From the NCBI GenBank assembly GCA_905477785.1, contig CAJQGR010000008.1, positions 4,900 through 68,899 of the forward strand: 64,000 bases of DNA. Reading direction: 5' to 3'. The notes beneath the pieces were generated by a model, which worked only from the letters and a program-made list of their open reading frames with translations, searched no databases and was not told the origin of the DNA. This document shows, piece by piece, positions 19,523-27,580 of the stretch. The first letter of the stretch is position 1. Each line of letters starts with the position of its first letter. This DNA comes from an uncultured Hellea sp. Lineage in GTDB: Bacteria; Pseudomonadota; Alphaproteobacteria; Caulobacterales; Maricaulaceae. Position numbers and translations under genes: made by a program.

Positions 19523-20203
19523 ATGAGTAAACTTCGTTTAATTCTAATATTATCTCTGACTAGTTTTTTACCCGCCCAAAGTGAAGACATAGGCTCTATC
19601 GAAGAAATAATAACAACAGGAACTATTCAAACTGACCCAGCAATGTCGGCTTGGCGTGCTGGGGATTTTGCCACTGCTGAAATTGAATTTAAACAAAATG
19701 CTTTTTGTGCATTAAGGGTTGAACGTAACTTCATTTCAGGGCTTGAGGGAGCCAGAGACAGTACAATACGCTCTGATGTTGGAACAGATATTGATCTTCC
19801 CGCCCAACCATCAGGCGGCTTAGGAGGTGCAGTTGTAGCACCAACGACACAACCTGTAATACCTAAGGTTCAGCTCAATTCATCGGATTTTAGAAATAAA
19901 GATAATGAAGGAACACGTACATGCGAAGATAGGGGTTTCCAAATTTACATGATGGGTATGTCACAACTAAAGCTTGGAAAGCGTGATGAAGCCAAAGCAA
20001 CACTTTTAAGATCAACAGGGTTAAGAAAAAACTTATATGATGCGCATTTCAGGTTGAGTTTAATGGAATACCAAGACAACAACCTCAAAAAAGCGAATGA
20101 ACACTATAAAAAATTAAAAAAACTGGGGTCAAAATGTAAAAAATGTGTGGCAAAAAAAGAGATTGTGGCACAAATTAAATACCTTGAAAACCTTCTCGGA
20201 TAG
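19523..20203 (+). CDS. Secreted hypothetical protein with C-terminal TPR-like helices
   Basis: Signal-peptide-like N-terminus (MSKLRLILILSLTSFLPAQS), EEIITTG motif, helical repeats (YMMGMSQLKLGKRDEAKATL, DAHFRLSLMEY), CKKC near the C-terminus. AGGA RBS before ATG 19523. Confidence 0.65.
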   Translation: MSKLRLILILSLTSFLPAQSEDIGSIEEIITTGTIQTDPAMSAWRAGDFATAEIEFKQNAFCALRVERNFISGLEGARDSTIRSDVGTDIDLPAQPSGGLGGAVVAPTTQPVIPKVQLNSSDFRNKDNEGTRTCEDRGFQIYMMGMSQLKLGKRDEAKATLLRSTGLRKNLYDAHFRLSLMEYQDNNLKKANEHYKKLKKLGSKCKKCVAKKEIVAQIKYLENLLG

Positions 20204-20237
20204 AACCTAAAAAAATTTAAACACATAAAGGAATAAT

Positions 20238-20834
20238 ATGTTAAACCGAATATTTATAACGATATTTTCTTTTGCTCTTTTAATATTTGGAGCAAACATA
20301 ACTTCTTCTGCCGATGAAATGAATAGCTCAAGTGATCAGAGAGCATTTCCGTTTTTAGTCAGTAGTCTAAATTTTGACTGGGTAACCTACGGGCCAGACA
20401 AAAGAGAAAAAATAGTGGAATCAGAAGGTGCTCCAAGCGGAATGGCCTACAGGGTTACTGTAAGAAAGAAAAAACCTAACTCTTGGGACATAGCAACACG
20501 TAATGATATGGTAAAAGATATCAAAAAAAATGATATCATAGTTGTTTCTTTCTGGGCCAGAGCAGCCAAACCTCAAAAAGGGAAGGAAAAAGGCGATATT
20601 TTAGTCGCATTACAAAGAAATATAGAACCTTATGACTCTGTCATTGAAGAACGTATTGCGCTCGATAAAGAATGGAAACTCTATTACCTCACAGGAAAAG
20701 CTAACCGTGACTATGCAGCTGAAAGAACTGAGTGGAACTATAACCTAGCTTTTGCCAGACAAACTGTTGAGCTTGCGGAGTTTTACGTTACAAATATAGG
20801 CCCTGATGGGGACCCAGAACAATACATGCCATAA
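20238..20834 (+). CDS. Secreted stand-alone carbohydrate-binding module (CBM4/9/22-like beta-sandwich)
   Basis: Signal peptide, then PNSWDI, VSFWARA, EPY, LDKEWKLY pattern typical of CBM_4_9-like domains. No catalytic domain. Confidence 0.65.
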   Translation: MLNRIFITIFSFALLIFGANITSSADEMNSSSDQRAFPFLVSSLNFDWVTYGPDKREKIVESEGAPSGMAYRVTVRKKKPNSWDIATRNDMVKDIKKNDIIVVSFWARAAKPQKGKEKGDILVALQRNIEPYDSVIEERIALDKEWKLYYLTGKANRDYAAERTEWNYNLAFARQTVELAEFYVTNIGPDGDPEQYMP

Positions 20835-20874
20835 TATACTGCTTTACCAGTATCAAAAATAATTTAGGTTATAT

Positions 20875-21513
20875 ATGACACTTATATTCTATGATTACAG
20901 TAAGGCGCCTAGCCCTAGGCGGGCTAGAATTTTTTTAGCTGAAAAAAACGTACCACATAAAACTGTTGAAATTAATCTCATGGCAAATGAGCAAATGGGA
21001 GATGCATTCCGTAAAATTAATCCTGATTGCACTGTTCCTGCATTACAGCTTGAAGATGGAAAAATCTTAACTGATAACGCCTCTATCGCAGCTTATCTCG
21101 AGGAAATTTATCCAGAGCCCCCCCTGTTAGGCACTACACCCTATGAAAAAGCTGTTATAGCATCCTGGCAATCGAAGATAGATCATGAGTTTGGTATGGC
21201 AGTTGCTAGTGCTTTGCGAAATGCTAACCCTGCAATGAAAGATAGATCGCTGCCAGGAAAACATAATTACAAGCAAATACCAGAACTATCCATAAGAGGA
21301 CTTAAGCAGATAGACAACTTTTTAAATTTTCTAGAAACACACCTCCAAGAGAAAGAATTTATTTCGACAGGAAAATTCACAATAGCAGATATCTCTGCAG
21401 CATGCGCCTTAGATTTTGCGAGGGTTGTTAAAAAGAAAGCCAACGAAAATATGCACCCTAATATAATACGGTGGCGGTCAGGTCTTTCCCAAAGAAAGAG
21501 CTTTAACATTTAA
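20875..21513 (+). CDS. Glutathione S-transferase family protein
   Basis: APSPRRARIFLAEK, INPDCTVPALQLEDG, FTIADI motifs. Confidence 0.92.
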   Translation: MTLIFYDYSKAPSPRRARIFLAEKNVPHKTVEINLMANEQMGDAFRKINPDCTVPALQLEDGKILTDNASIAAYLEEIYPEPPLLGTTPYEKAVIASWQSKIDHEFGMAVASALRNANPAMKDRSLPGKHNYKQIPELSIRGLKQIDNFLNFLETHLQEKEFISTGKFTIADISAACALDFARVVKKKANENMHPNIIRWRSGLSQRKSFNI

Positions 21514-21538
21514 TCAACAGCATGCAGTGTAGAATGCG

Positions 21539-21615
21539 TGGTAGGGGGAGAGAGACTTGAACTCCCGACCAACCCGTTATGAGCGGGTGGCTCTAACCAA
21601 CTGAGCTATCCCCCC
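21539..21615 (-). tRNA. tRNA with CAT anticodon, most likely tRNA-Ile2 (lysidine-modified)
   Basis: The reverse complement folds as a 77-nt cloverleaf: acceptor GGGGGGA/TCCCCCT, anticodon arm ACCCG-CTCATAA-CGGGT, TTCAAGT T-loop, encoded CCA. Not fMet (no C1-A72 mismatch, no GGG/CCC stem). Elongator Met cannot be fully excluded. Confidence 0.9.
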
Positions 21616-21710
21616 ATTTGGCAATCGGTCGCTCTATAGCGCGGCTTTATGTATAGGGAAAGAGCAATTTTACAATCTAAGTAAGATTAATACAATTATT
21701 TATAATTTAT

Positions 21711-22931
21711 TTAAGTATTAAACTGATTTTTATTTTTTATATGCTGCTCCACGATAATAGTAGCAGCAATCTGACCTAATAGATTTACACAGCTTCGCAT
21801 CATATCTGGAATACGGTCTATCCCAAGAATCAAACCTAAGCCTGATACTGGAACTCCTATTGTGGCCAAAGCTGGTGTCATTGTCACCACACCTGAGGAT
21901 GGAACTGGTGCTACTGTAAGTGACACGAGGAACGTTGCAAAAATTATTCCTCCTAAAGAGCTTGTAACTAAACTTACATCATAAATATGCGCTAGAAATA
22001 TTATTGCAGCACCCTGAAACAAAGCACTCCCTGGTCTATAAATCGATGCACCCAGAGGTATTAGCATGTCTGATATTTGCTTTGAAACATTGAGCTTACT
22101 AACTGTATGCTCAAGGGAAACTGGAATAGCTGCAGCAGTGCTTGTAGTGGAAAAGGCAATCGAAGCGGGGCCAAAACTACCTTTAAAAAATGTAGACATA
22201 TTCATTTTTACATAAATTATTAGCATAGGTAAAAAAACAAATGCTAGTAGCAAAAAAAGTCCAATCAATACGCATAGTATAAAGACTATCAGACTTTGGA
22301 TAAGGCTCCATCCCAGCAAAGCTGTAGAGGACGCAACCAATCCAAATACCCCTAAAGGTGCTAGATAAAGTATCCACCATACAAGCTTTATTAAAGCCTC
22401 ACTAAAATCTTCGGCTGCTAATACCATTCTCTTTCTTTTTTCACTAGCAAGCGTTCCCGTCGCAGCAGCAAGCAAAGCAGTAAATACTATCAGCGGAAGT
22501 ATTTGACCATTAGATGCTGCAGAAAATGGATTAGCGGGAATCAGACTTACAATAAAATCTACAGCAGATTGTAATTCAGGTACTTGACTGTAAACATTCG
22601 TTGGCATTTTAATCTCAGGTATAAACCGCAATCCCAAAAACATAACACCCATCCCTATAACGATAGCGGGTAAAAGTGTTCCACAGTAGAATGTAAGAGT
22701 AGCTACCCCAATACTACCTAATTTTTTTGGATCCCCCAAGCGGGCTATGCTGGTAAATATTACAGAAACCACAAGTGGAATCACCACCATTTTTACAGCA
22801 TTTATAAATATCTGACCTAATGGCGTGGAAGTCTTTGCTACTGTGTGCAAAATTTCATTTCCAGTCATAGATGCGCCTAAGCCGACGATCAAACCTAATA
22901 TTAATCCTAATGAGATCAGTTTATTTAACAT
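21711..22931 (-). CDS. Dicarboxylate/amino acid:cation symporter (DAACS, GltP-like)
   Basis: FINAVKMVVIPLV, IPANPF, ILPLIVF, FSTTSTAAAIP (HP1), APVPSSG (HP2), IDRIPDMMRSCVN (TM8). Confidence 0.92.
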   Translation of the reverse strand: MLNKLISLGLILGLIVGLGASMTGNEILHTVAKTSTPLGQIFINAVKMVVIPLVVSVIFTSIARLGDPKKLGSIGVATLTFYCGTLLPAIVIGMGVMFLGLRFIPEIKMPTNVYSQVPELQSAVDFIVSLIPANPFSAASNGQILPLIVFTALLAAATGTLASEKRKRMVLAAEDFSEALIKLVWWILYLAPLGVFGLVASSTALLGWSLIQSLIVFILCVLIGLFLLLAFVFLPMLIIYVKMNMSTFFKGSFGPASIAFSTTSTAAAIPVSLEHTVSKLNVSKQISDMLIPLGASIYRPGSALFQGAAIIFLAHIYDVSLVTSSLGGIIFATFLVSLTVAPVPSSGVVTMTPALATIGVPVSGLGLILGIDRIPDMMRSCVNLLGQIAATIIVEQHIKNKNQFNT

Positions 22932-23029
22932 AGAACAACTTTCTTAAATCATCATCAGTTTAACAAAATTACAAAGAATTTTTCAATTCGAGGTTTAATT
23001 TCAAATTTCCAATTATTTTCATACGCCTT

Positions 23030-23078
23030 CATTACAAAATCATTGCATAAGGTCTATGCAAAAGTGACGCTTGTAATG
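23030..23078. repeat. Interrupted inverted repeat in the divergent symporter/tesB promoter region
   Basis: CATTACAA-aa-TCA-TTGCATA-aggtc-TATGCAA-aag-TGA-cgc-TTGTAATG: 18 paired positions. Confidence 0.6.
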
Positions 23079-23105
23079 TTTAATAAAAAAATAGAATATA
23101 TAATA

Positions 23106-23990
23106 ATGTTTACATTAAAAGAATTTTTATCAAAAATGCATGTTGAGGAGATTGATACCTACCTTTTTACTGGTGAAGCGCTCAGAATGGGCCTTCCAAG
23201 AGTTTTTGGAGGACAAGTTCTAGGGCAAGCTTTAAATGCAGCAGTCAGAACGGTTGATCCTGTTAGGCGACCACACTCATTGCATGCTTATTTTCTTCGC
23301 CCAGGGGACTTAAATTCACAGATAATTTACGAAGTTGACCCAATACGAGACGGAAAAAGTTTTTCGACACGTCGAGTCGTAGCAAAACAAAAAGGTAAAG
23401 CTATTTTTAATGCATCTCTTTCATTCCAAAAAATGGAGAATGGTTTAAACCATCAAATGGATTTACCTTCGCACATTCCAGGACCAGATAACATCTTACC
23501 GGACATTGAACACATTAAAAAACTTTCTAAAAATAATCCAAAGGTAAATATTGAAACATTAAGACAGCACAGCCTTATCTTTGATAGTAAAGTCGTAGAA
23601 ATACGAACACCAGAGTTATACAAGGTAGTTGAACCTGGGGAGTATGATCCTGAATTTGGGTTTTGGTTTAAATTCAGTGATGACATTGGAGATGACCCTA
23701 TAACACATAGGACTCTTCTAGCTTTTATTTCTGATAAAGCACTCATGTCTGTTGGCTTGATGCCTCATACTTGGAATAGAGATACGCATAACTTAATTGG
23801 AGCAAGTCTTGATCATGCAATGTGGTTTCATTCGGAAATTAGAGTTAATAAATGGATTTATTATCATATTGATAGCCCAAGAGCCATGAGGGCTAGGGAT
23901 TTTGGACGAGGTAGCTTTTACTCGCAAAATGGAGAGCTTATAGCATCTACAGCCCAAGAGGGCCTAATCCGTATCGTAAAAAATAGATAA
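23106..23990 (+). CDS. tesB: Acyl-CoA thioesterase II
   Basis: VFGGQVLGQAL, HSLHAYFLRPG, RDGKSFSTRRV, ASLDHAMWFH, STAQEGLIR. Start moved to ATG 23106. Confidence 0.93.
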   Translation: MFTLKEFLSKMHVEEIDTYLFTGEALRMGLPRVFGGQVLGQALNAAVRTVDPVRRPHSLHAYFLRPGDLNSQIIYEVDPIRDGKSFSTRRVVAKQKGKAIFNASLSFQKMENGLNHQMDLPSHIPGPDNILPDIEHIKKLSKNNPKVNIETLRQHSLIFDSKVVEIRTPELYKVVEPGEYDPEFGFWFKFSDDIGDDPITHRTLLAFISDKALMSVGLMPHTWNRDTHNLIGASLDHAMWFHSEIRVNKWIYYHIDSPRAMRARDFGRGSFYSQNGELIASTAQEGLIRIVKNR

Positions 23991-24016
23991 ATTTAAATTT
24001 TCTTGGTGAAGAGATA

Positions 24017-26824
24017 ATGAAAAGAAATATAATAATACTCGCAATAACTATAATTTCATTTTTAGCGATAATCGTTAAAAACTCAGATAAAAATCCGACT
24101 ATAGAATTCGAAAAATTTACATTAGATAATGGATTAGAAGTAATACTTCATATTGATAAATCAGATCCTATTGTTGCTATTAACTTAGCTGCACACGTTG
24201 GTTCTGGCAGGGAACAGCCTGGACGAACTGGGTTTGCTCATTTGTTTGAACATCTACTATTTCTAGACTCAGAAAATTTAGGCTATGGCGGGCTTGATGA
24301 AATGAATACGCGAATAGGGGGCAATGGTACGAATGGTTTTACAACAAATGATATGACGCAGTACTTTCAAGCTGTGCCAAAAGAGGGTCTTGAAAAAATT
24401 ATTTGGGCAGAAGCAGATAAATTAGGTTGGTTTATAAACACGGTCACACAAGAAGTACTGGATAATGAAAAACAAGTCGTTAAAAACGAAAAACGGCAAC
24501 GCGTAGACAATCAACCCTTTGGTCATAACCTTTATATTGTATCAAAAGCACTTTATCCTTCTGACCACCCATACAATTGGCAAGTTATCGGATCATTAGA
24601 TGATTTAGATTCAGCGACACTTGATGACGTAAAAGAATTCTATGGAAAATGGTATGTGCCTAATAATGTGACTTTAACTTTATCTGGAGACTTTAATAAA
24701 TCAGAAGCCAAAAAACTGATAATTAAATATTTTAGTGAAATACCTAGAGGAAATGATATTTCACCATATGAAGCAGAACCAGTTTCATTAAAAGCAGACA
24801 AAAGCTTTTACCATGAGGATAATTTTGCTACATTACCGCAGCTATCTATAACATGGCCTGCTGTAGAACAGTACCATCCTGATTCATATGCAATAAATAT
24901 ACTAATTGAATATTTAACCGATGGTAAAAATGCGCCTCTTAACAAAATAATGATTGATGAGGACAAGGTTACTTCACAAATAACAACCTTTAACTACACC
25001 AAAGAAATAGCCGGTGAAATTTACATGTTTATGTCCCCTAATGAAAATATAAGTATTGATTCCCTTCTGCCATCACTTAATAAAGGTTTTGCACATTTTG
25101 AGAATAATGGCATTTCAGAAAAAGACCTAAACCGAATAAAGGCTGGTGTTGAAATTGATTTCTATCAAAATATCCAGAGCGCATTAGGAAAAGCAATTCA
25201 GCTAAGTGAGTATAATACCTACACTGACGATCCTGGTTTTTTCAAAGAAGAAGTAAATAATCTTTTATCAGTAACGGTAGATGATGTTATGAATGTTTAC
25301 AAAAAGTACATAAAAGATAAAAATGCAATTTATGTAAGTTTTGTTCCTAAGGGACAGAAAAAACTAGCTTTAAAAGGCTCAATAAAAGCTAAAATAGTTG
25401 AAGAAAAAATAATAACAGATAAGCTTAATTTAACGGAATATGACCCTAAAAAGAGAGAGATTAAAGAGTTCACACCTTCCTCTTTTGACAGGTCTATTGA
25501 GCCTAAATTTGGTGCAAGCTATAAAATAAGTGCACCAAATATATGGCGTACCCAACTAAAAAATGGTCTTAATCTGTACGGGAATTTTTCAAATGAAACT
25601 CCACTTATAAACTTTTCATTGTTTATAGATGCGGGAAGAAAATATGGGACTATTGAAAAACCAGCTGTACCAAGACTTTTAGCTGACATGCTTAGTAAAG
25701 GAACTTTAAGTAAAACAACCTCTGAATTAGAAGATGCTATTCAGTCTCTTGGTTCAAGCATTTCTATCCGTAATGATGTTGAAGGAACTTACATTACAGG
25801 AGTAACTCTAAATAAAAACTTTGATGCAACCATGAGTATACTTATAGAAATTCTACAGGAGCCACGTTGGGATCAAAAAGAATTTGAATTATTAAAAACA
25901 AAGGCCATTGAAAACATAATCAAATCAGAAGGTAATCCAAACTTTATTGCATACCGAGAAAATGCTAAATTAAAATATAATTCTAATAATATTTTGCATT
26001 ATATAGGTTATGGCCCCAAAAATAAAATAGAAGCAGTAAAGATTGATGACCTTAAAAAATTTTACAGCCAATTTTATAATTTAGATAATGCAAAATTGAG
26101 AATTGTAGGTAATTTCAATACAAAAAAAGTAAGAGAAAAATTTAGTTTCGCTCTTGATACAAAATCAATAAATGAAAAAATATTACCACAATCTGCAAAC
26201 TCTGTAAAAGAAACTAAAATTTACTTCTATAATATTCCTGACGCAAAACAATCTGTGCTTATAATGGATTATCCATCCTTGAGGGCAACAGACAAAGATT
26301 ATTTATTGGCAAAAGCAATAAATTTCCCACTCGGAGGAATATATACGTCAAAACTTAATTCAAAATTACGAATAGAGAAAGGATACACATATGGAATTAG
26401 ATCTAGCTTTAATGGCACAAAAGATGAGGGAACATTTATAATTCAATCCTCTGTAAGAACTAATGCCACAAAAGAAGCCATTGAATTAATTCGCGATATA
26501 GTCACAAGCTATGGAACTAGCTTTTCTGACACAGAGCTAAAAGTTATGAAAAATGCCTTAATACGCGGTAAAGCTCTTGAAAATGAGACATCAACAAATA
26601 AATTACAGATTTTAAATAACATCAGTTTATACAACTATGATGATAATTATCAGGCTAAAAGTTCTAATTTAATAAAAGAATTATCTCTTGAGAAGTTTAA
26701 ATCGTTAGTTGCTCAGTATATTCATCCGTCTAAGATGAACATATTAGTAGTCGGTGATGCTAAAACACAGTTAAATCGATTAAAGGAACTAGGATATGGA
26801 GATCCAATCTTACTTAATGAATAG
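24017..26824 (+). CDS. M16 (insulinase/pitrilysin) family zinc peptidase, secreted
   Basis: Inverted zinc motif HLFEH, NGFT..D.T.Y, VVKNEKRQR, four-domain length, N-terminal signal/anchor. Confidence 0.93.
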   Translation: MKRNIIILAITIISFLAIIVKNSDKNPTIEFEKFTLDNGLEVILHIDKSDPIVAINLAAHVGSGREQPGRTGFAHLFEHLLFLDSENLGYGGLDEMNTRIGGNGTNGFTTNDMTQYFQAVPKEGLEKIIWAEADKLGWFINTVTQEVLDNEKQVVKNEKRQRVDNQPFGHNLYIVSKALYPSDHPYNWQVIGSLDDLDSATLDDVKEFYGKWYVPNNVTLTLSGDFNKSEAKKLIIKYFSEIPRGNDISPYEAEPVSLKADKSFYHEDNFATLPQLSITWPAVEQYHPDSYAINILIEYLTDGKNAPLNKIMIDEDKVTSQITTFNYTKEIAGEIYMFMSPNENISIDSLLPSLNKGFAHFENNGISEKDLNRIKAGVEIDFYQNIQSALGKAIQLSEYNTYTDDPGFFKEEVNNLLSVTVDDVMNVYKKYIKDKNAIYVSFVPKGQKKLALKGSIKAKIVEEKIITDKLNLTEYDPKKREIKEFTPSSFDRSIEPKFGASYKISAPNIWRTQLKNGLNLYGNFSNETPLINFSLFIDAGRKYGTIEKPAVPRLLADMLSKGTLSKTTSELEDAIQSLGSSISIRNDVEGTYITGVTLNKNFDATMSILIEILQEPRWDQKEFELLKTKAIENIIKSEGNPNFIAYRENAKLKYNSNNILHYIGYGPKNKIEAVKIDDLKKFYSQFYNLDNAKLRIVGNFNTKKVREKFSFALDTKSINEKILPQSANSVKETKIYFYNIPDAKQSVLIMDYPSLRATDKDYLLAKAINFPLGGIYTSKLNSKLRIEKGYTYGIRSSFNGTKDEGTFIIQSSVRTNATKEAIELIRDIVTSYGTSFSDTELKVMKNALIRGKALENETSTNKLQILNNISLYNYDDNYQAKSSNLIKELSLEKFKSLVAQYIHPSKMNILVVGDAKTQLNRLKELGYGDPILLNE

Positions 26825-26840
26825 TAAGTAGCACTCCATG

Positions 26841-27545
26841 TTATTCTTTAAACATACTATTAAGAAGGTCAGCATGTTCTAAAAGAGCATCCTTTCCTAC
26901 CTCTGAAATATCGTAAACACCCCTACTAATTCTCTCAAACCATCCATAATAATTAGCAGCCATTAAATTACGGGCCTTCAGATAAGATGATTTATTGGCC
27001 ACTTGAGAAGCCTTTAATGGACCATTATCATTTAAAACCTTAGCGCACCTTAATGCTGCTTGCCTATAAGCAGTCATAACTCCAGATGATATCATTCCAC
27101 CTTTATTTGGGTCGCCATGTAAAGCTTCAAACTCCTCTATCAACTTAGTCTTGCGAGATTTTATTATTTTACTCTTAAAAACTCCTGGTTCACAAATTAC
27201 TTTCACAAGGTGTTCATCAAGACAGACTGTAATTAAACCAATTCCAAGCCTTCTACATAACATTTTATTTCTTCTCAAAGAAACATATGCTTTTTTTCCT
27301 TTTCTGTGAGGAACAGCTATGTAGACATTTTTAGTAATGGATTGCCGTTGTACAGCTTGATGAAAAAGTGAAAGAGAAAAGCCTGTTTTTAATTCAACAA
27401 TTATAAGATCATTTTTACTGTTAAATTTTATGGGGAGAGCTACTAAATCTGCATTACCAACTTCACCCTTTACATCATAACCTATGCCAGAAAAGAAGCC
27501 TTTTAACGGGCCATAAAGACTAGTTTCTACTACTTCAGAGATAAT
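26841..27545 (-). CDS. DUF2161 family putative PD-(D/E)xK protein with non-canonical (ATT) or frameshifted start
   Basis: The frame is open 89 codons upstream of the ORF-track TTG and encodes ETSLY.PLK.FF...GYDVKGEV...D.VA...IIVELK.GFSL.L.HQAV.RQ, the family N-terminus. There is no in-frame ATG/GTG/TTG. Confidence 0.75.
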   Translation of the reverse strand: MISEVVETSLYGPLKGFFSGIGYDVKGEVGNADLVALPIKFNSKNDLIIVELKTGFSLSLFHQAVQRQSITKNVYIAVPHRKGKKAYVSLRRNKMLCRRLGIGLITVCLDEHLVKVICEPGVFKSKIIKSRKTKLIEEFEALHGDPNKGGMISSGVMTAYRQAALRCAKVLNDNGPLKASQVANKSSYLKARNLMAANYYGWFERISRGVYDISEVGKDALLEHADLLNSMFKE

Positions 27546-27580
27546 GAAAACCCTCCATCGTTTCAGCTGTCTTTCTTATT

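Noticed and set aside
9730-21615. Halogenase/receptor locus as an island integrated at tRNA-Ile2 (the locus ends 25 nt from the tRNA 3' end)
   Set aside because: No copy of the tRNA 3' end (TGGTAGGGGGAG) was found at the left boundary, there is no integrase, and there is no clear GC step. The adjacency alone is not enough.
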